A stretch of DNA of 63,790 nucleotides, counting the filler, from Hyphochytrium catenoides (Eukaryota; Protista; Hyphochytriomycota): the NCBI GenBank assembly GCA_900088475.1. It is 5 parts of 5 records of this genome, joined end to end, with 100 filler letters (N's around TTAATTAATTAA, not from the genome) between each part and the next. Parts side by side here need not be neighbours in the genome. Positions count along the whole stretch, not along the records: positions 62,021 to 63,790 come from FLMG01000356.1; 4 more parts are not named here. One strand, written 5' to 3'. Shown piece after piece: positions 61,977-63,790 of the stretch. Both the position numbers and the translations under genes were made by a program. Below the pieces are notes generated by a model. That model was not told where the DNA came from and ran no database searches. It saw nothing but the letters and a program-made list of their open reading frames with translations. Every line of letters starts with the position of its first letter. The stretch's first letter is position 1.

Positions 61977-63205
61977 NNNNNNNNNNNNNNNNNNNNNNNN
62001 NNNNNNNNNNNNNNNNNNNNAGAGAGCATGCTCCATGGGTCAGCTTCCGCTTTCTCCTCCCTTACCTTTTTTTTGTATTGCATTCCGAGGAATAGAAGTT
62101 AGATAATGTATGAATGGAGGAGAGGCTTTAGCACGAGGAGAGCGCGCGAAAGGGAGCAAAAGAGAGAGAGCACAGCAGATTAAAAGAGACAGGCCAATGC
62201 CAGGAGGGATAGACATATGGAGGGAGATAGACGTGAACAGATGAGCAAAAATGTATGACAGAGATAAAGAGGCGCAATAGTGTATTTTAAAACTAAAGTG
62301 TGACTTATGATAAAAGGAAGCAGGCTACAATTAAACCTTCGGAGAGAGTGAGCGCTGTCAGCTAAGTCGACGAAGAGAAGGAAGAGAGAGAGCACCAAGA
62401 AGGATTTGTATAGAAGACAGAATTCACCAGAAGCAGCAGGGAGAAGCAGGAGCGGGGAGGTAGGAGTGAGGCACCAAAGAATTAGCTATTTAAGGACGGG
62501 GGTATGCAAAGTATGTAAGGCTAGTAAAATAGCAAGGGGACGGTAAAGGAGCAAAGGGAGTGTTAGATAGAGTTAGGAAGATTAATGGAAGAGTAGTTGC
62601 TAGGGTTAGGAAAGAGAGATGTAGACGAGAAAAGGAGAAAGAGCAGTTGAAGCTGTTTGCGCATGGGAAAGAGTTGGATAGTAGGGGCAGAGAAAATCCA
62701 GAGCGGTACGTAGGATTGAGGACCAAGGTGAAACGTTTGAGGTTAACGTTGAGATGCATGTACCACAGGAACAAAAGAGTCCAGCGGACGCAATTAAAAA
62801 AAGAGGTCATATTCAAAGTTGGAAAAAACATTGGCGAGCAGCTCTTAATAGAGGCAAAGACAGACAAGGACGAAGATAAAGAGAGAGAAAAAGCATCAAA
62901 CTTGGTGGGGAGGATGATGTTTGCAAGAATGTCTAGAGTGAAGAAGACCGGCCAGTTGAGTGCAATTTAAGGAATGGATAGGTAGTGGGGGGCTGTTGCT
63001 AATAAGGTGAAAAAGAGATAAAGACGAACAGCAAGGTGGAAACAAGGCACCAGAAAGGATTTGCGCAGAAGACGGAGTTCGTTGAGAATAAGCAGAGTAA
63101 AACAGGAATAGCGAGTAGGAGTCAGGGACACAATGGAGTGCGGTTGGACAACGCATGTAAAGCAGTGTAAACAAGTCAATAGGACGGTAAAGTGCAAGGG
63201 AAGTA

Positions 63206-63790
63206 TGTTACGAAGTGAGCGTCACGACTATATGGCGGTGGTAGGAGTTGTGGTGCTGAACTTATTGCAGCATCATCTCTGGAGAAATTGTGGCATTGTA
63301 GCATCATCTCTTGAAAACCTGTGGCTGCAAGCACATGGAAACGATAGAGGAACTGGCTTTCTGCTGCCTGGCTGAGGATTGGAGATAGGTGCTTTTGGGT
63401 TTTCTATCTTGTACTTACTCCTCCTCCCCTCTTGTCTCTCTCTGGCTAAGGAAGGACTTCTTAGAGACTCAGAGGAGCTCAGCTGTGTGAGTTGGGATAG
63501 GCTTATTGGTGATGTAGAAGATGGCACTTGTTGGTGAAGCGTCATCATGTAGGTAGAGTTATCAGTTAAAGAGCACTAGCTCACAAACTAATCATTCATC
63601 AAGTTCCAGAAGAAGAGCACTCAGCTAAAGGTTATTGCGGCCCACGCTTAAGTTCTCTTCATAGCGTACAGTGCGATCACCATGGATAGCACGAAGCTCA
63701 CTTTCTCGATCTCTAAGGGCGCCTTTGCCGTAGAGAACCTCAGTTTTCACAATTACCGGGATTGGGCATATGAGATGGAGCACTTCCTGC
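63206..63790 (+). mobile_element. Ty1/Copia LTR retrotransposon, copy 2: LTR 63206-63629, PBS 63630-63649, gag from 63682, running off the window
   Basis: Clear homology to 25754-26765, with an identical PBS GGTTATTGCGGCCCACGCTT. Confidence 0.88.
63682..63790 (+). CDS. gag: Copia Gag N-terminus (partial)
   Basis: MDSTKLTFSISKGAFAVENLSFHNYRDWAYEMEHFL, compared with MDSTKLTFSTSKGAFAVAKLGFDNYRNWAIETEHFL in copy 1. Confidence 0.85.
   Translation, partial: MDSTKLTFSISKGAFAVENLSFHNYRDWAYEMEHFL

Noticed and set aside
58369-63790. Mx-like gene next to a retrotransposon as a defence island
   Set aside because: They lie on different scaffolds separated by an artificial linker.

Overview
Eukaryotic (protist) genomic DNA with canonical GT-AG introns and an extreme load of (CT)n/(GA)n microsatellite. 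A stramenopile origin is plausible from the transposon and gene types but cannot be proven here. The window is five scaffolds joined by artificial N-TTAATTAATTAA-N linkers (approx. 1-23809, 23910-46282, 46383-52771, 52872-61920, 62021-63790), so adjacency across linkers has no meaning. Most ORF-track entries are SLSL/ERER microsatellite artefacts. Manual splicing supports these genes: 3' end of BET3/TRAPPC3; a HAD hydrolase (HDHD3-like); a ~19 kb ankyrin / TRAF-zinc-finger / coiled-coil gene with a dynein-stalk-like segment; an intronless orphan secreted protein; an SC35-like SR splicing factor; RMDN1; an ABCB1/MDR transporter; a large beta-sandwich surface protein; 3' end of AAGAB/p34; a WS/DGAT acyltransferase; and an Mx-like dynamin. 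Mobile DNA comprises a decayed Crypton-type tyrosine recombinase interrupted by a Copia element, and a second copy of that Copia family. The most notable observations are a recurring class of introns with (GA)n in the 5' half and complementary (CT)n in the 3' half, a candidate poison exon in the SR gene, the dynein-MTBD-like segment, and an atypical Copia primer-binding site. All family calls come from motif recognition by eye; no searches were run.
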